The position numbers were made by a program, and so were the translations under genes. A stretch of 64,000 bases of DNA from the human T2T-CHM13v2.0 reference genome, Homo sapiens. The DNA lies in the NCBI RefSeq assembly GCF_009914755.1, contig NC_060936.1, one strand, 5' to 3'. The notes under the pieces were generated by a model that worked only from the letters and a program-made list of their open reading frames with translations, was not told where the DNA came from and searched no databases. Below are positions 1 to 14,630 of this stretch, one piece after another; the stretch's first letter is position 1; the number at the start of each line of letters is the position of its first letter.

Positions 1-78
1 AAAACATTTGTGTGACTTGCTTCGTTGCAATTTTTGCTCTATTATGGTAGTCTGGAACTAAATCTGCAATCTCTTGGA
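1..78 (+). mobile_element. Tigger1 (TcMar) 3' terminus, cut by window edge
   Basis: 'tgtgacttgcttcgttgcaat...tatggtagtctggaactaaatctgcaatctc' matches the recalled Tigger1 right end; followed by a (TA)n tract. Confidence 0.75.
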
Positions 79-104
79 TATATATACATACATATATATA
101 TATA

Positions 105-580
105 TATATGGATTTATTATGAGTAATTGGCTCATGTGATTATGGAGGATGGCAAGTTCTATGATCTGTCATCAGCAAGCTGCAGACTCAGGGAAGCCAA
201 TGCTATAGTTTAGTTCAGGTAGAGTCCAAAAGCCTGAGAACTTGGAGGGTTGATGGTGGAAGTTTTAAACCAAGTTTGAAGGCCTGAGAACTGGAAGGCC
301 AATGGTATAATTTCCAGACCCAGAAAAGACTGATGTCCCAGCTTAAGCAGTCAAGCAGAGGGAATTCTCCCCTCCTCCACCTTTTTGTTCTATTCAGCCC
401 CTCAATTGATTGGATGACACCCACAAACATTAGGGAGGTCTATATGCTTTACTCTCTCTACTGATTCAAATGCTAATCTCTCATGGAAACATCCTCACAG
501 AGACACCAAGAAATAATGTTTAACCAGATTTCTGGTTATCCTATGACCTAGTCAAGTGGCACAAAAAATTATCTATCACA
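105..580 (-). mobile_element. MLT2 (ERVL) LTR, MLT2B/D-like
   Basis: 'gatttattat...ttggctcatgtgattatggagg' and terminus 'gtcaagtggcacaaaaaattatctatcaca' (reverse complement of the MLT2 start). Confidence 0.85.
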
Positions 581-1730
<1,150 letters not shown>

Positions 1731-1849
1731 TTACAAAGGAAGTCTTAAGCCAGGCCTCAGATAAGTAAGATTTTATGAATTAATAAGAGGGATATAAAAG
1801 CATAAGCTCAAGAGTCTCATTGGATCCCAACAATTTCTTTGGCCTAATA

Positions 1850-2460
1850 TTTTTTAAAGTTTAAATTTTTCTGCAAGTTATATAGCACTATGTCTAGTAT
1901 AGTTCCATTTTTTGTAAAAGATATATCTATATATAGGAAAAATTTGAACACTGAGTATTTGATGTAATTTAAGAGTAATTTTTAAAAATTTAAGTGTGAT
2001 AATGATTTTTAAACGTTTTTATCTTTTAAAGATAAATACTAAAGTATTTACTAATGAAATGTTATTATGTGTTAGATTTCCTTACAAATAATCCAGTGAG
2101 GGATGGAAGAAAATAGGTGGGAACATGGATGACACATGATTGATCATGAATTGATTACAGTGGAGGTTGGGTGATATATGTATACTGGCTAATTATATTA
2201 TTCTATTTTTTAAAGTTTGAAATGTTTCATAATAAAGATTAAAGTAAATTAAAATATAGTTGCATATGTGTTTCTGTGTGCATAGCAAAACAAAATCTGA
2301 AAGGATACTTCTCAAATTGTTAATCATGGGTATCTTTGGAGTATAGAATTTGAATGAAAGAAAAGAAAATTTCTATATTTTACTTGATATACTTCAAAAT
2401 TTTTACAATGAACATATGTATTTTTAATAATAAAAATCTTAAATGTATGAGATTACTTTT
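1850..2460 (+). mobile_element. Ancient L1 (L1MC/L1ME) 3' UTR relics
   Basis: L1M 3'-end-like phrases ('tgatcatgaattgatt...ggttgggtgat', 'gtttgaaatgtttcataataaa'). Confidence 0.55.
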
Positions 2461-2470
2461 TTACAATTAA

Positions 2471-2641
2471 TTTTTTTTTTTTTTTTTTTTTTTTAGAGAT
2501 AGGGTGTTGCTCTGCCATCCAGGATGGAGTGCAGTGGGGTGATCATAGCTCACCATAACCTCCAACTCCTGGCCTCAAGCCATCCTCCCACTTCAGCCTC
2601 TCAAAGTGCTGGGATTAAGGTGTCAGCCACCATGCCTAGCC
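2471..2641 (-). mobile_element. Free Alu monomer (FRAM/FAM-like)
   Basis: T-tract followed by a single ~150-bp antisense Alu arm. Confidence 0.85.
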
Positions 2642-2918
2642 TCATCCATCTTTTAATTTATTGAATAGACATCAAAGAGAGTTTTCAAATGTATGCAACT
2701 CTAAAGGGTCTCAAATATTGCTAGAAATTTACAAAAGGGGAAGCACATGATAGGCATTGTGAAGCTAAACTTGAGAATCTTCTTGCACACAAGTTGATCC
2801 AGATCTCATGGCTTTTAAAAGCAAATGAAATAACCCAATTGCACAGATTTATCCACTATATTTGCATTTATTTCTGTAAGACATCAGATAGATTTGGGCA
2901 AATTACCTATTGGAAATA

Positions 2919-3271
2919 CAGTCATGTACCACATAACATTGTTCCCGTCAATAACGGACTGCATATACGATGGCGACCCCATAAGATTGTAATACTGCAT
3001 TTTCACTGTACCTTTTCAATGTTCAGATATGTTTAGATACACAAATACTTCCCATGGTGTTAGGATTGCCTACAGCATTGAGTAGAGTAACCTGCTATAC
3101 AGGTTTATAGCCTAGGAGCAATAGGCTTATACATACCATCTAACCTAGGTGTACAGTAGGCTATCCCATCTAGGTCTGTGTAAAGACACTCTATGATGTT
3201 CACATGATGACAAAATCACCTAAAAACACATTTCTCAAAACACAACCCATCGTTAAGCAAACACGTGACTG
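2919..3271 (+). mobile_element. Tigger3a, complete MITE
   Basis: CAGTCATG...CGTGACTG termini with TA duplications at 2917-2918 and 3272-3273; internal sequence matches the recalled consensus. Confidence 0.92.
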
Positions 3272-4924
3272 TATTAAACAGTGATCCAGAAGAGTGAATT
3301 TACCTCGAGCTCAGCTCTTTAAGTCTTTGAAAAGCACACTTAAATTCTATTCATAGCCACTAGGGCTCAGTCTCTTCTTTAAAATGTGAAATTAATGTAT
3401 TTTTGAAAACAAAAGAATCACAAAACTTATTCTAAGTTGGTGCTGAATAAAAAGGAGACTGTCTTTGTGATAGTCTGTGGTCTTATTTAAAACAAAATTC
3501 CAAGAAAAATTGTGAAAAATGAGACAGGGGCCTCATGAAGACACTTATTTCCCTTCCTCCTGGCATGATTGAGGGGAATTTTGTTTATGATATAATAAGA
3601 AAGGAATATTATTCCTAGAGATGGATTTAAATTTTTAGTCATTATTTGAATTTATTCTCCTAGAATGTCTTCCTGTATTGTGATGGGTGAACTCACTGGG
3701 AAGAACTGAGTAGCACTGAGCCCCTGTTGTACTTCTGCAAGCAAACTGAGGCACGGAGTTTGGGGCTGTGCATATGGATGGCTAGCAACCTGTTTCCTTA
3801 CTGGTGGGCAGCCTTTCAACATTGAACTTCCTATTTTTAGATTTCTAAGGGACTTTAAAGTAAACACAACTCATAGAGTATGCTTTATTAGGTCTTCAAA
3901 CACTTTTGCTGCCCAGTGGAAACCTTTTGGTTCTACAGGGAATCTCTCATGTTGGCAGCCTTAAAGGTTGGTCACGTCTATCAATAGTACTGACAACTTT
4001 GTTCTGTAAATACCTGCTTTCTCCTGAAGCAGCATTTTAGGGAGAAGTTATTATGCTCCTCTTTTCATATTCTTCCTTTGACCCTAAGAGAAGGCAATGT
4101 ACTTTCTCTGTCAGAGGGCAGTGCCAAAGAGGGAATGCCTACCCCTCAAACCCCTGATTTCTCCTCCCCATGGGAAGAGGTCTGGCTGGTCAGAAAGGAC
4201 ATTTACCAGGCCACCCTCTCTATCAGTGGATCTGGCAGGCTGAGCACCACTAAACCCTGATGAATGGGCTCTCGCTCTCACAGCAACAGGGTGACTTCTC
4301 TGATCTCTCATAGTGAGCAGGGCCTGCCCCTGCCAGAGCTGCCAGGACTATATTTTCCTCCCCGATATGTGCTCAACCAGGGATGTGCTCCCGGGCCTAC
4401 TGTCTTCCACTGGGATGGGTGGTAAGAGGCCCCAGCCAACAAAGTGGTCATTACCAGAAAGCCCTAGTGTCAGTCCATCTTCTGTCTATTTTATCAACCC
4501 GCGTCAGATATGAGGGAAGTAAAGGGTACATGCACAAAATCTCATCCCAAACTCCCCCAAAAGAATCAAAACATGCCCCAAATACTCATATTGCCTTCAC
4601 ATGTGTAAAGAGTTCCACTATGCCGGACTTTGCCCAATTAAGGCATTATGCATAGAGATTCACACGAAAAACTATTAGGGCTTGTTTCTAACACAGTGGA
4701 TGCCTTCCTTTCCCGGGCTGATGAGAGTAAGTGAATGTCTCTTCTTTAGTTTTCCTTCAGAGAGGAGGATAAACTTACTGATGTGTATATAATTCTAAGA
4801 TTTTGAAGAATAATTGCATGAGAAAAGACTTTCAAAGGAAGGATTTGTTTGTTTACTTTATCCCTTCATCTGCTTACAGGATAACAATCTCTGTTTATGA
4901 CAGAGAGCTGTAGTGATCCTCAGT

Positions 4925-5148
4925 TAGGGTTGCCAGATGAAGGGGAGGGGGAAGAGAAACAAACTAAGATGACCAGCTAAATTTGAATTTCATATAAAAA
5001 CAATTTTTAGTATAAGTATATTCCATGCAATATTTGGTGGAACATACTTATTCTGTGGGAAACACTCAAAGTAAAAATATTTGCATTTATCTGAAATTCA
5101 GATATAACCTTGTATTTCATTTTCTAAGATTGCATATAGGTAACTCTA
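4925..5148. mobile_element. MER53 palindromic hAT MITE
   Basis: TAGGGTTGCCAGAT...GGTAACTCTA ends; internal palindrome 'tagtataagtat...catactta', 'atttgaatttca/tgaaattcagat'. Confidence 0.85.
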
Positions 5149-5259
5149 TCTGTAGTAGAAGATATTCATCATAAAAGCCAAAGGTTTTTCAAAAGCCCAG
5201 ATGTTTATTAAATATTTTCTTTATCACTGGGCAATCAGTAATATTTTTTCCTTCTTTTC

Positions 5260-6460
5260 TTCCTTTCCTTAACAAATATTTAGTAAGCATCTACCACATG
5301 TCAGACACTGTTTTATATGCTGGAATAATGAGCAAGTCAAAAAATAAATAAATAATTCCCCAAAGAAGATGAAGAAAAAAACAGACAATGTGATAAAGAA
5401 TGTCTGGATGCACTGAGCTACCTTAGTGCCAATGTCAGGGGAGCTCTCCCTGAAGAGGTGATATTTTAGCTAACTCCTAAAGGTGCAGATGTAAGGTTTC
5501 ATAGAAATATACTGTAGGTAGAGGAATCATAAAAATCCTAAGATGATATGATAGTCTCCTGTGGCTGCAGAAACAAATTATCACAAACTTGGTGGTTTAA
5601 AACAACAGAAATTCATTCCATCCTAGTTCTGGAGGCCAGAAGTTGGAAATCAAGGTGTTTGCAGGGCCACACTTTCTCCAGAGGCTCTAGGGGAGAATTC
5701 ATTCCTTGCCTCTCTCAGCTTCTGGTGACACCAGCATTTCTTGGCTAGTGGCCGCATCACTCCAATTTTCAAAGCCAGCATTTTCAAATCTTCTCCTCTG
5801 TGTGTCCAGCTAGTCTCCCTCTGCCTCTCTCTTACAGGGATACTTGTGATGGCATTTAGGGACCACCAGATAATTCAGGAGGATCTATCTCCCCATCTCA
5901 AGATGCTTCATGTCATCACACTGCAAAGACTTTTTTGCCATATAACAGTCACAGGTTCCAGGGATTAGAACATGGATATATTTGCAGGGGAGAAGAGTGG
6001 GTTTTTTCAGCCTACCACAGATGGGAAGGAGCTGGACGTGTTCTGCACGTGTGTGTGGCTGCAGCAGCAGGCACCAAGGGAGAAGTGAAGGCCACGAGGG
6101 CTGGAGGCGGACAGGGCCAAGGTAAGGAGTCTAGATTTTAGTTTAATGTCATTGGGAAACCAGTGAGATTTCAGACAGGAAGTGGCCTGATTTACAATTT
6201 TAAAAGCATTTCTCTGGTCACTGGGCAGGGGCTGGACAGCCATAGGGACAAGAGCAAAAGGAAATAGGAAACTGTTAGGTGGTATGGGCTTCTACCAGCA
6301 AAGGGCAGGCTAGAAGTATTGGTAGCTTAGATTCAGGGGGTGTGAGGGGAGGGAGAGACACAAATGGGCAGAAGAGATAGATTTTGGAGATAGAGCCATG
6401 AGCACTTGCTGATGGATTAGATAAGGGAGTGAAAAAGGAGAGTATTGTGGAATTCAAGGT
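5260..6460 (-). mobile_element. L2 3' relic split by an MLT1 LTR
   Basis: 'aacaaatatttagtaagcatctacca...cagacactgtt' and 'gagcacttgctgatggattagat' typical of antisense L2. Confidence 0.7.
5545..6018 (-). mobile_element. MLT1D-like MaLR LTR
   Basis: 'acaaacttggtggtttaaaacaacagaaatt...ttctggaggccagaag' through 'ttcagcctaccaca'. Confidence 0.85.
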
Positions 6461-7109
6461 TGGAAACCTTTTAATCTTTTAGTCAGACAGATGCACCTGA
6501 CCACTCATCTTGGATAAGAATGGCTATTTTTTTCAAGCCCTAATGCTGGGCTGTGTGTCCTTCATTTATAATTTGATTTTTATTCATCAGATACAATAAA
6601 TGCTAAAAAGAAGCCAAATGTTGAGATTTGCTGCAATTAGATAAGACTCTCTAGTCTGAGGGAGGGGATTTCACACAAAGTCAAGGAAGGAGTGGGTTCT
6701 GCCTTGTCCTACAATGCAGTTTATAAAGTAACCATGCTCTTCAGGAGGGAAATATTCTTTTCCTTCCATTCAAAATTGAGTGTTAACAAAGGCATCACAC
6801 TTCAGAGCAAGGTTAAAAATAACAAAAGCAGCACTGTTAAAGTGATTGATGATGACTTGATGCACACCTGTTAATACCGTAAACCTCTCACAGCCTGGGT
6901 CACGTTTACTTGGCAGGTAGCATCTTTCATGTCCTGTATTAAGAGTGGCTCAGCAGCCAGGAAATCCTTCTTACACTGATGTTCTCCAGCACATGGTGTT
7001 CATCAATAAAGAATGGATGGCAATAAATCAATTGCTATGTTGCAAGTTGGGCACAGATAAGAGTCATGGAGAAAACTCTGTTAGGAAGGTGCAGGAGGTA
7101 GGTTCTACT

Positions 7110-7280
7110 GTGAGTTCTGTCACCCATGACCCATGTAAATTGCTGTGAGTCACGTGACCCCTGGTCCTCAGTTTTCTAGCTGTAAGGGGTAAGAGTCATT
7201 GAGAAGATCAAAGGAGATGATGAATTTGCCAGTACTTTGGAAACGATAAAGACCTAACAATCACGTTGTCATTGTTATCT
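7110..7280 (+). mobile_element. MIR relic
   Basis: Core 'cctcagttttctagctgtaa...gagaagatcaaaggagatgat'. Confidence 0.55.
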
Positions 7281-7488
7281 TATACATTTTATTATAGTTG
7301 CATCCTCCATAGTGCCTTACACTTAGAATAGGCTCGATAATTTTTTACCAAGTTTAATTAACTAAGTATAACCAACATGGCCAGAAAACAGGCAGTTTTT
7401 TTGGCAAGTGCTAATAGATTGATAATTGGAGATTTGTATATGGTTCTCTGATTTATATTTAGATGTCCTTTATCAAGGAAAGAAAATG

Positions 7489-8108
<620 letters not shown>

Positions 8109-9427
8109 GGGTGTTGCAGAAGGACACCTCCACCTCCCCTCAGTCTGACACAAAGGATTTTGGCCTAAACCATGCTGTACCAGGGTCATGCAACCTCAAA
8201 TATGTTACAGACAACTTTATTAAAATAACAGATTATTAACAATGGACACTCACAGCCTCGCATTAGAGCTTGTGATAAATAGTCATTATTTCCAAAAGCA
8301 AGTTATTGGGTGCTCTGTCTGACTGAAAGAATGAAATGTTTCATATGGTTCTTGAATATTTTCTTTATGTAAAATAACTTATTATTTGAAGTTCTATCAA
8401 CTGGATCTGAGAGGATAATTGTGGCCTACTGGATCCAGCCATTAGCCATATCTGTGACTACCCTGAGATCCCATCAGTTTGATGTAGGAGAGAAAATAGT
8501 GAAATTTGATGTCCTCTCACACACTGCATTGTCTAAGGACAATGAAACACAAATGATACTTTGTAAATGCAATTCGATTTTCTTCACAATCTGTCTCATC
8601 AGCTAAGATTGTTTACCAAAAAAGTTAGATTTATAAACTAATATTCTAAAAGATGACGACATCTAAATTCACTAATTCATGAATAAGTTACTTTCCAAAT
8701 ATCACCCAATTTTGTCTAAGAGTTACTGTCACTTTTTTATTCATTTATTTTCAAAAGTCCAACCTCTATCTTCCTTTTTGTTTTTATATGATCTTTCGTT
8801 TTGATAGAAAAGATTAAATGTCATACTTAATTTAAAATCAATATTTTCTGAGGTTGTGTTGCAGACAGATCTGGATCTGGACTTGTAGAACAGTATTTAA
8901 CCATACAGCCTCCCTTCAAATATGCATCTTTGAAAACAATTTATCACAACTGTGGCTATAATAACAGTTCTGTTAGTGTCTATGAATATTATATGTCAAA
9001 ATCCATCAATTTTGTTAGCCAAGCCAGGATAGAATGTTATTGAAAAACTGATAAAGATATTTGTAATAATTGGAACTGGTAGAAATGGCAAAGCTCTGAT
9101 TCAGGTTGGTCTTCATGTAATAATATAAAGTAGAGTCATCTTGTCTATTTCCATAATATCAAGGGTAGCTGGACATTATCCAGTGTCCTTTGTACTTATT
9201 TTAGGAGCAAGGTAGATCAAGAAGTACAGGAGAAGACTGGTGACCAGCAGCTTTTAAAAAATTCTGTAAAATAGCCTGACTTTAAGGGAAAGTGCCCAGC
9301 CTGGTTCACAAACATCACATTCTACTTGATAAACCACTATAGATAAAAATATATCTACATTTGGAATGAAACACGTATTTATCTACATATTCCCAGGCCA
9401 CCAGAGAAAACCAAAAAGGTCTTCCTG

Positions 9428-9521
9428 ATAGTCACCTGCTATATAAAGAAATATAGCCTTACTTTTACACTTTATATAGTCACCCACTATATAAAGAAAT
9501 GTAGCCTTACTTTTACACTTT
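9428..9521. repeat. 48-bp tandem duplication (2 copies)
   Basis: atagtcacc[tg/ca]ctatataaagaaat[a/g]tagccttacttttacacttt at 9428 and 9476. Confidence 0.95.
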
Positions 9522-9761
9522 TTATAAGAATTCATGTTGGACAGAAAACTCTTAAGCATTTGCTACAGCTGGCCAGCGCTGTGTGGGGCTCTCACAGAGT
9601 GTTTTCTGATAAGTGTGGTATCCACAAAGTCTGAGTCTATAGGTGTGTACACTTGGAGCCATGTCCTTAACCTCACTCATAGATGGGTGTGACTGGAGGA
9701 CATCATTATCTCTGATCTTATGAGTCAGTTCAGGTGTTCCAGGGGTAGAATGAAAGAGATG

Positions 9762-10108
9762 TGCTATGGTTTGAATGTTTATGTCCACTCCAAAATTCAC
9801 AGGTTGAAACCTAATCCCCAATGTGATATGTTGAGCAATGGGACCTTTAAGAGGTAATTAAGTCATGAGGACAGAGCCTTCATGAAGGGATTAATGCAAT
9901 TATAAATAGGATTCACAGAAGTGAGTGTGTTCTCTTTTTGCCCTTCTGACTTTTTCCATGTGTTGATGCAGCAAGAAGGCCCTTCCAGATTCCAGCACCT
10001 TGATTTTGGACTTCCCAGCCTCCAGAACCATGAGCCAATAAATTTCTGTTCATTATAAATTACCCCGGCTCAGGTATTCTGTTACAGAAACACAAATGGA
10101 CTCAGACA
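9762..10108 (+). mobile_element. MSTD/MLT1A-like solo LTR
   Basis: TGCTATGGTTTGAATGT start, AATAAA, ...GGACTCAGACA end. Confidence 0.88.
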
Positions 10109-10339
10109 ATGTACTTTTCCAAAAGTTCTCCTTTTTCAAAAGCTCAGCCCCTTATTTAAAGCAACATCTTCTCAAGAGTAAACAGCATTTCCCTTACCAA
10201 TGCTGGGATGCTACTTTTAAACTTCCGTTTGTCTCAAAGATCTTCAAACCCCAGAACTAGCCCACCCACACCTCTCCCAGACAGATTCTCTTCCTCATCT
10301 TTAAGTCTTCAATTAGGTAGGGAAGATTCTCCATTAAGC

Positions 10340-10455
10340 CAGTGCTTCTCAAACAGCAGTGAGCATCCAAATCACCTGGACAGCCAAGATCCCACCATCA
10401 GAGATCCTGATTCATTAGGTCTGGACTTGGGCCTGAAAATGTACATTTCCATCAA
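10340..10455. mobile_element. MER5A/B hAT fragment
   Basis: 'cagtgcttctcaaa...aatcacctgga...gattcattaggtctgg...gggcctgaaaatgtacatttc'. Confidence 0.7.
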
Positions 10456-10718
10456 GCCCACAAATCAGACTTTCAGTAGCAGTCCTTTAAGTCACAGTAA
10501 GAGCATGTGAATTGCCAAGCTTTGAATTTCCATGCCCTCAGCCGCTGTTTACTTTGCTACAGCAGGGGAGCCTTTGCTGATCCACAATGATTTTCAACTC
10601 TCCTGGGTATTCATCATCTTACTTGCCATGATGCTCCCATTGTTCATCACCCCAATTGAATTTTATAGCTCTATCTGCCACTAATGAATGGAAGTCTTGT
10701 TCAAACTTTGAAAATTGT

Positions 10719-11114
10719 TGTATTAAGCCATACTTGTGTTGCTATAAATGAATACCTGAGACTGGGTAATTTGTAAAGAAAAGAGGTTCTATTGGCTCAT
10801 AGTTCTGCGGGCTGCACAAGCATGGTGCCAGCATCTTCTTCACTTCTGGAGAGGCCTCAGGGAGCTCATGGCAAAAGGTAAAGCAGGAGCAGGCACATCA
10901 CATGGCCAGAGCAGGAGCAAGAGCGAGAGGGTGGGGAGGTGTCACACAATTTTAAACAACCAGATCTCATGAGAACTCATTATTATGAGGACAGCACCAA
11001 GGAATGAGGAATCTGCGCCCATGACCCAAACACCTCCCACCAGGCGCCACCTCCAGCATTGGGAATTACATTTCAATATAAGAATTGGGCAGGACAAATA
11101 TCCCAACCACGTCA
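10719..11114 (-). mobile_element. MSTB solo LTR
   Basis: 'tgtattaagcc...gaatacctgagactgggtaatt...catggtgccagcatc' through 'ggacaaatatcccaaccacgtca'. Confidence 0.9.
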
Positions 11115-12045
11115 GTTGGACTCCTGAACTGCCCTAATTTCTCAAGCCCCCCACAGGGCTGTATGAACAGCATTCTCCACCAGTTATATCCCTAGAGGGG
11201 CAAATATCCTTTAGCTGCAGCTAGACTCAAGCGTGATCACCTTGCCAAAACTTCCACCTATACCATTATTTCCTGCTTTACCCATAACTTTGGCAGACTG
11301 GGCATTGGGCTCCATGACTCCTCCCACCACAATTGGTTGGGTAAGAAGTGAACATTTGACTCAAAGAGAGGGAGATCCACAGAATAATCTGGGCCAATCA
11401 GATCTCTTCCTTCTATTTTTGAACAAAGAAACAGAAGAAATTTCAGACACATGTTAGGCAATGATCAAATAGGTTATAGAAATCAGCTGAGGTAGCCATG
11501 CTGGTCAATGTGCAAGATAAGTAACAGCAGAAGTAGAGGGAAGTGGTTAGAGAGATGGATTAGATAGTGAGCTCCCAGCGGCCATGAAAATACTAGAATT
11601 TGACACATGACCTGCTGTGCCCAGCCTACATATGGTTTTTCTTATAACAACTTAGGGTATTTACAAACTAAGGTACTTAGGATATTCAAAAAATTAGGCA
11701 ATGGCCCAGTGACATTTATTATAATCATTGCATGCCATCTTTTAAATCTTAGGAATCAAGCAGCCCAGAAACTTTTCTTCTTTATCACAAAGAGGAAGGG
11801 AAATACCTGGAAATTTTATAAAAAGTACATTTTAAAAATCCTTAAGAAAACAAGGTCGAAGGGAATTAAGTATATATTTACAGTGGGGTGATCCAGAAGA
11901 TATATCATCCCACTCTGCTCATTATAAATTGTCTTAATATTCTGGATTTCAGAAAGGAGGTATTTATGTGGAATAGGCTACAAAAAGACCCTCTATATAG
12001 TCAGAGCAAACAGATAATTAATGCAATTGCTAGCATCTTATATAC

Positions 12046-12344
12046 TAAGAGTCACAAAGTCAAATGCCTTGAGGGGCCAGGCAGGTAATGTAGACATGTG
12101 ACAAGGTCCATATAGGACTCTGGCACACTGGAAAGTGTGTTTCCTGTTTAAGGGCTCAGGGAACCCAGAGTGTCCTTTTTTTCAATAAAAGGTACGGATG
12201 CTAATGTATAGCCTCTTAATTTTTAAGTATTGCAAAATATTTTTTAAAAAAGCAACAACTTTAAGCCTTTTGCAGGGTAAACAAGAGTATTGTGCAGATC
12301 AAATATATGCCATAGCGACCATGACTGTCTAGCTGCAACATCTG
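12046..12344 (-). mobile_element. MER102 hAT-Charlie element
   Basis: 'gtcacaaagtcaaatgccttgaggggccaggcaggtaa' matches the reverse complement of the MER102 end; other end 'ctgcaacatctg'. Confidence 0.65.
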
Positions 12345-13189
12345 ATCTAGTTAATTGCATTAATTCATCTGACCGAATTTGTGCATTGCTGAAAATATGC
12401 CCTAGAGAGGGAAAAGTGAAGTAGAAAGTAGAGAATCATGTTATTAAAAATATATATATTTTAAAATGCACTCAGTCTTTAGAAATGATATAAAGCAAAA
12501 AGCTTTGACATCTCCTGTTAGGATAGTAGAGTCTTCTTAACAGGGAATTGTCAGCTCTGTTCTGTGGCGCTTTAGTTATGTTAAGTTACTCAGTTTACAT
12601 CCTCTGCCTTTCTTAAAATTTGAAATCTGGGCATTCTTTCTAGAGTATGAAGAGCTCAAGTCTAATATTAACTAATCCAGTGTATAGATGCTTAGTTCTT
12701 TAGGATCATTTCTTAAGAATACATATCTGGAGATTAACATTGTGTCATGTCATTATAATTAAATTTTTACAAAGAATAATTAGAAGAAAAACAAGTCAAA
12801 GTTTCTCTTTCTATGTAAAACAGAAAAAGAACTTTACACAGACCACCTTTCCTCATGTTCCCTGTGGAGTCAGTCATAAAACATGCCATCAGCCACCAAG
12901 AGCAATTTTCAGATGATCCTGAGAAGAGAAAAACTTCCATATATTTATGCTTTTTCAACATCTATTTCCTTCATGTTTCAAATCATGTCAAATGTCTTAT
13001 TGCCATGACACACAATGCCCAGTAGAGACAGTCTGGTATGGCTCCCATCACTTCTGATAACACATCACTCAGAGCAATTATGTATCAACTGCAAGCATTT
13101 TTTAAAAAACAGGCTCAGGAAAACCGTTTCTGTTTTTCCAACTCAGTCTTTAAGTTGAAAATATTGTCTATATCCTTAACCAAGACTGG

Positions 13190-14630
13190 CATTTATTCAC
13201 TCACACAACACGTATTTATTGAAGCCTCTTGTGTGTATTAAAGCACTCTGCTAGAAATTAGGAACATACTATGAGTCACTTGGACACAATTCTGCCTTCA
13301 TGGATCCCTGGCAGCAGAAATTAATCACAAAATCAGCATATTATCACAAACCTTGATAAGTGTACTGAAGGAGGATCATGAAATGCTATGAGAGCCTAAA
13401 ACAGGGTCTAAGACATAACGTGGTCTGGGGATTAAAGGGAAGACTTCCCTGAGGAAGCTGAGAGTTCCAGAGCAGTTAGGTACCACTATGGGGAAGAGGA
13501 AGCGGGGAAGAATGTTCCACTTAGAGATGATTGCACATGTAAAGGCCCAGGGAGGAAGACAGCACATTTCAAGAACTGAAAACAAGCTAGTGTGGCTGGA
13601 GTTCACAAAAAAAAGAGGGTTCCAGATGAAGTCCAATAGGTAGGTAGGTACCAGATCATTTAGGAACTTCTAGGAAGAGCAATAGGTAAATATTGAGGGA
13701 TTAAGGAATGAAGAGTGATGTCTTCATATTTGTATTTGTAAAGGCTCTCTCACTCTGGTGAAGAAGACTGGATTCAAGGAGACTGTTAAAAGGTATATTA
13801 ATCATGTGTTTCTGATGTTTTCACATTTGGGGCTTTGCTGACCCTGGAGGGACTGTCCCTCCCAAGGCTAGCTAATTTCTAGAGATAGTAAAGAACTTTC
13901 CTGCAAGTACACCTTTTGTATGTAAAACAATCACCCAATGCTCATAAAGCCCAACCAACTCCTCTCTCTAGCTCTTTGACTCTGGGCCCCATTCACCTGT
14001 CCCCATCACCCCACAGCCAGTCACCAGACAACTTGGAATAGGTGCTATGCCCCAGAGCCTGCCAAGATTATTCACACTAGCCAATCCTTATTCTGCCTCA
14101 CCCATTTCTTCCCATGGTCACTACAACAGTCTCTTGCCCACACCTTCCCCTCACTTCCTCTTCCTCCTGACCAACCCTGGTGTTTCCCCACAGGATGCCC
14201 CTTCATGGCATGCCAAGCCTCCTGTTTCTAGGGATCTGTGAATGTCAACGTCTTCCTTTATGACAGTCATTTCTATGTCTGCATGTCCTACCATACCTGA
14301 TTCAAACAAATCCTAGGTACATTTTAAAACACAAGACCACTGTGGTAAGCCAGGTGACTTCTGATGGTGGCTTAGAACAGTATGGTCACAGTGAAGCAGA
14401 ATAAGAGTACACAGTTAAAGAAGAAATGAGTTGGATAATAAAGTGAGGAAGAGAGAGGTGTCAGAATAATTCCTGGACTTATGCTCTGTTCAGTTAATTG
14501 GATGATGGTGTCATGTACCAAGACAGGAAATCCAGAAAGGGGACCAAGTTTGGGAGAGAGGATGATGAGTAAAATGTGCTTTTGAGACAATCAAATGTAA
14601 ATGTTACAATAGTCAGTTGGATTTAAGCTC
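13190..14630 (-). mobile_element. L2 relic split by an LTR
   Basis: 'atttattcactcacacaacacgtatttattgaagc' 3' end; L2 body resumes after 14333. Confidence 0.75.
13784..14333 (+). mobile_element. ERVL LTR of the MER74/MER73/MER54 group
   Basis: TG...CA ends; 'gctgaccctggagggactgtccctcccaaggctagctaatttctagagatag' signature. Confidence 0.75.
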
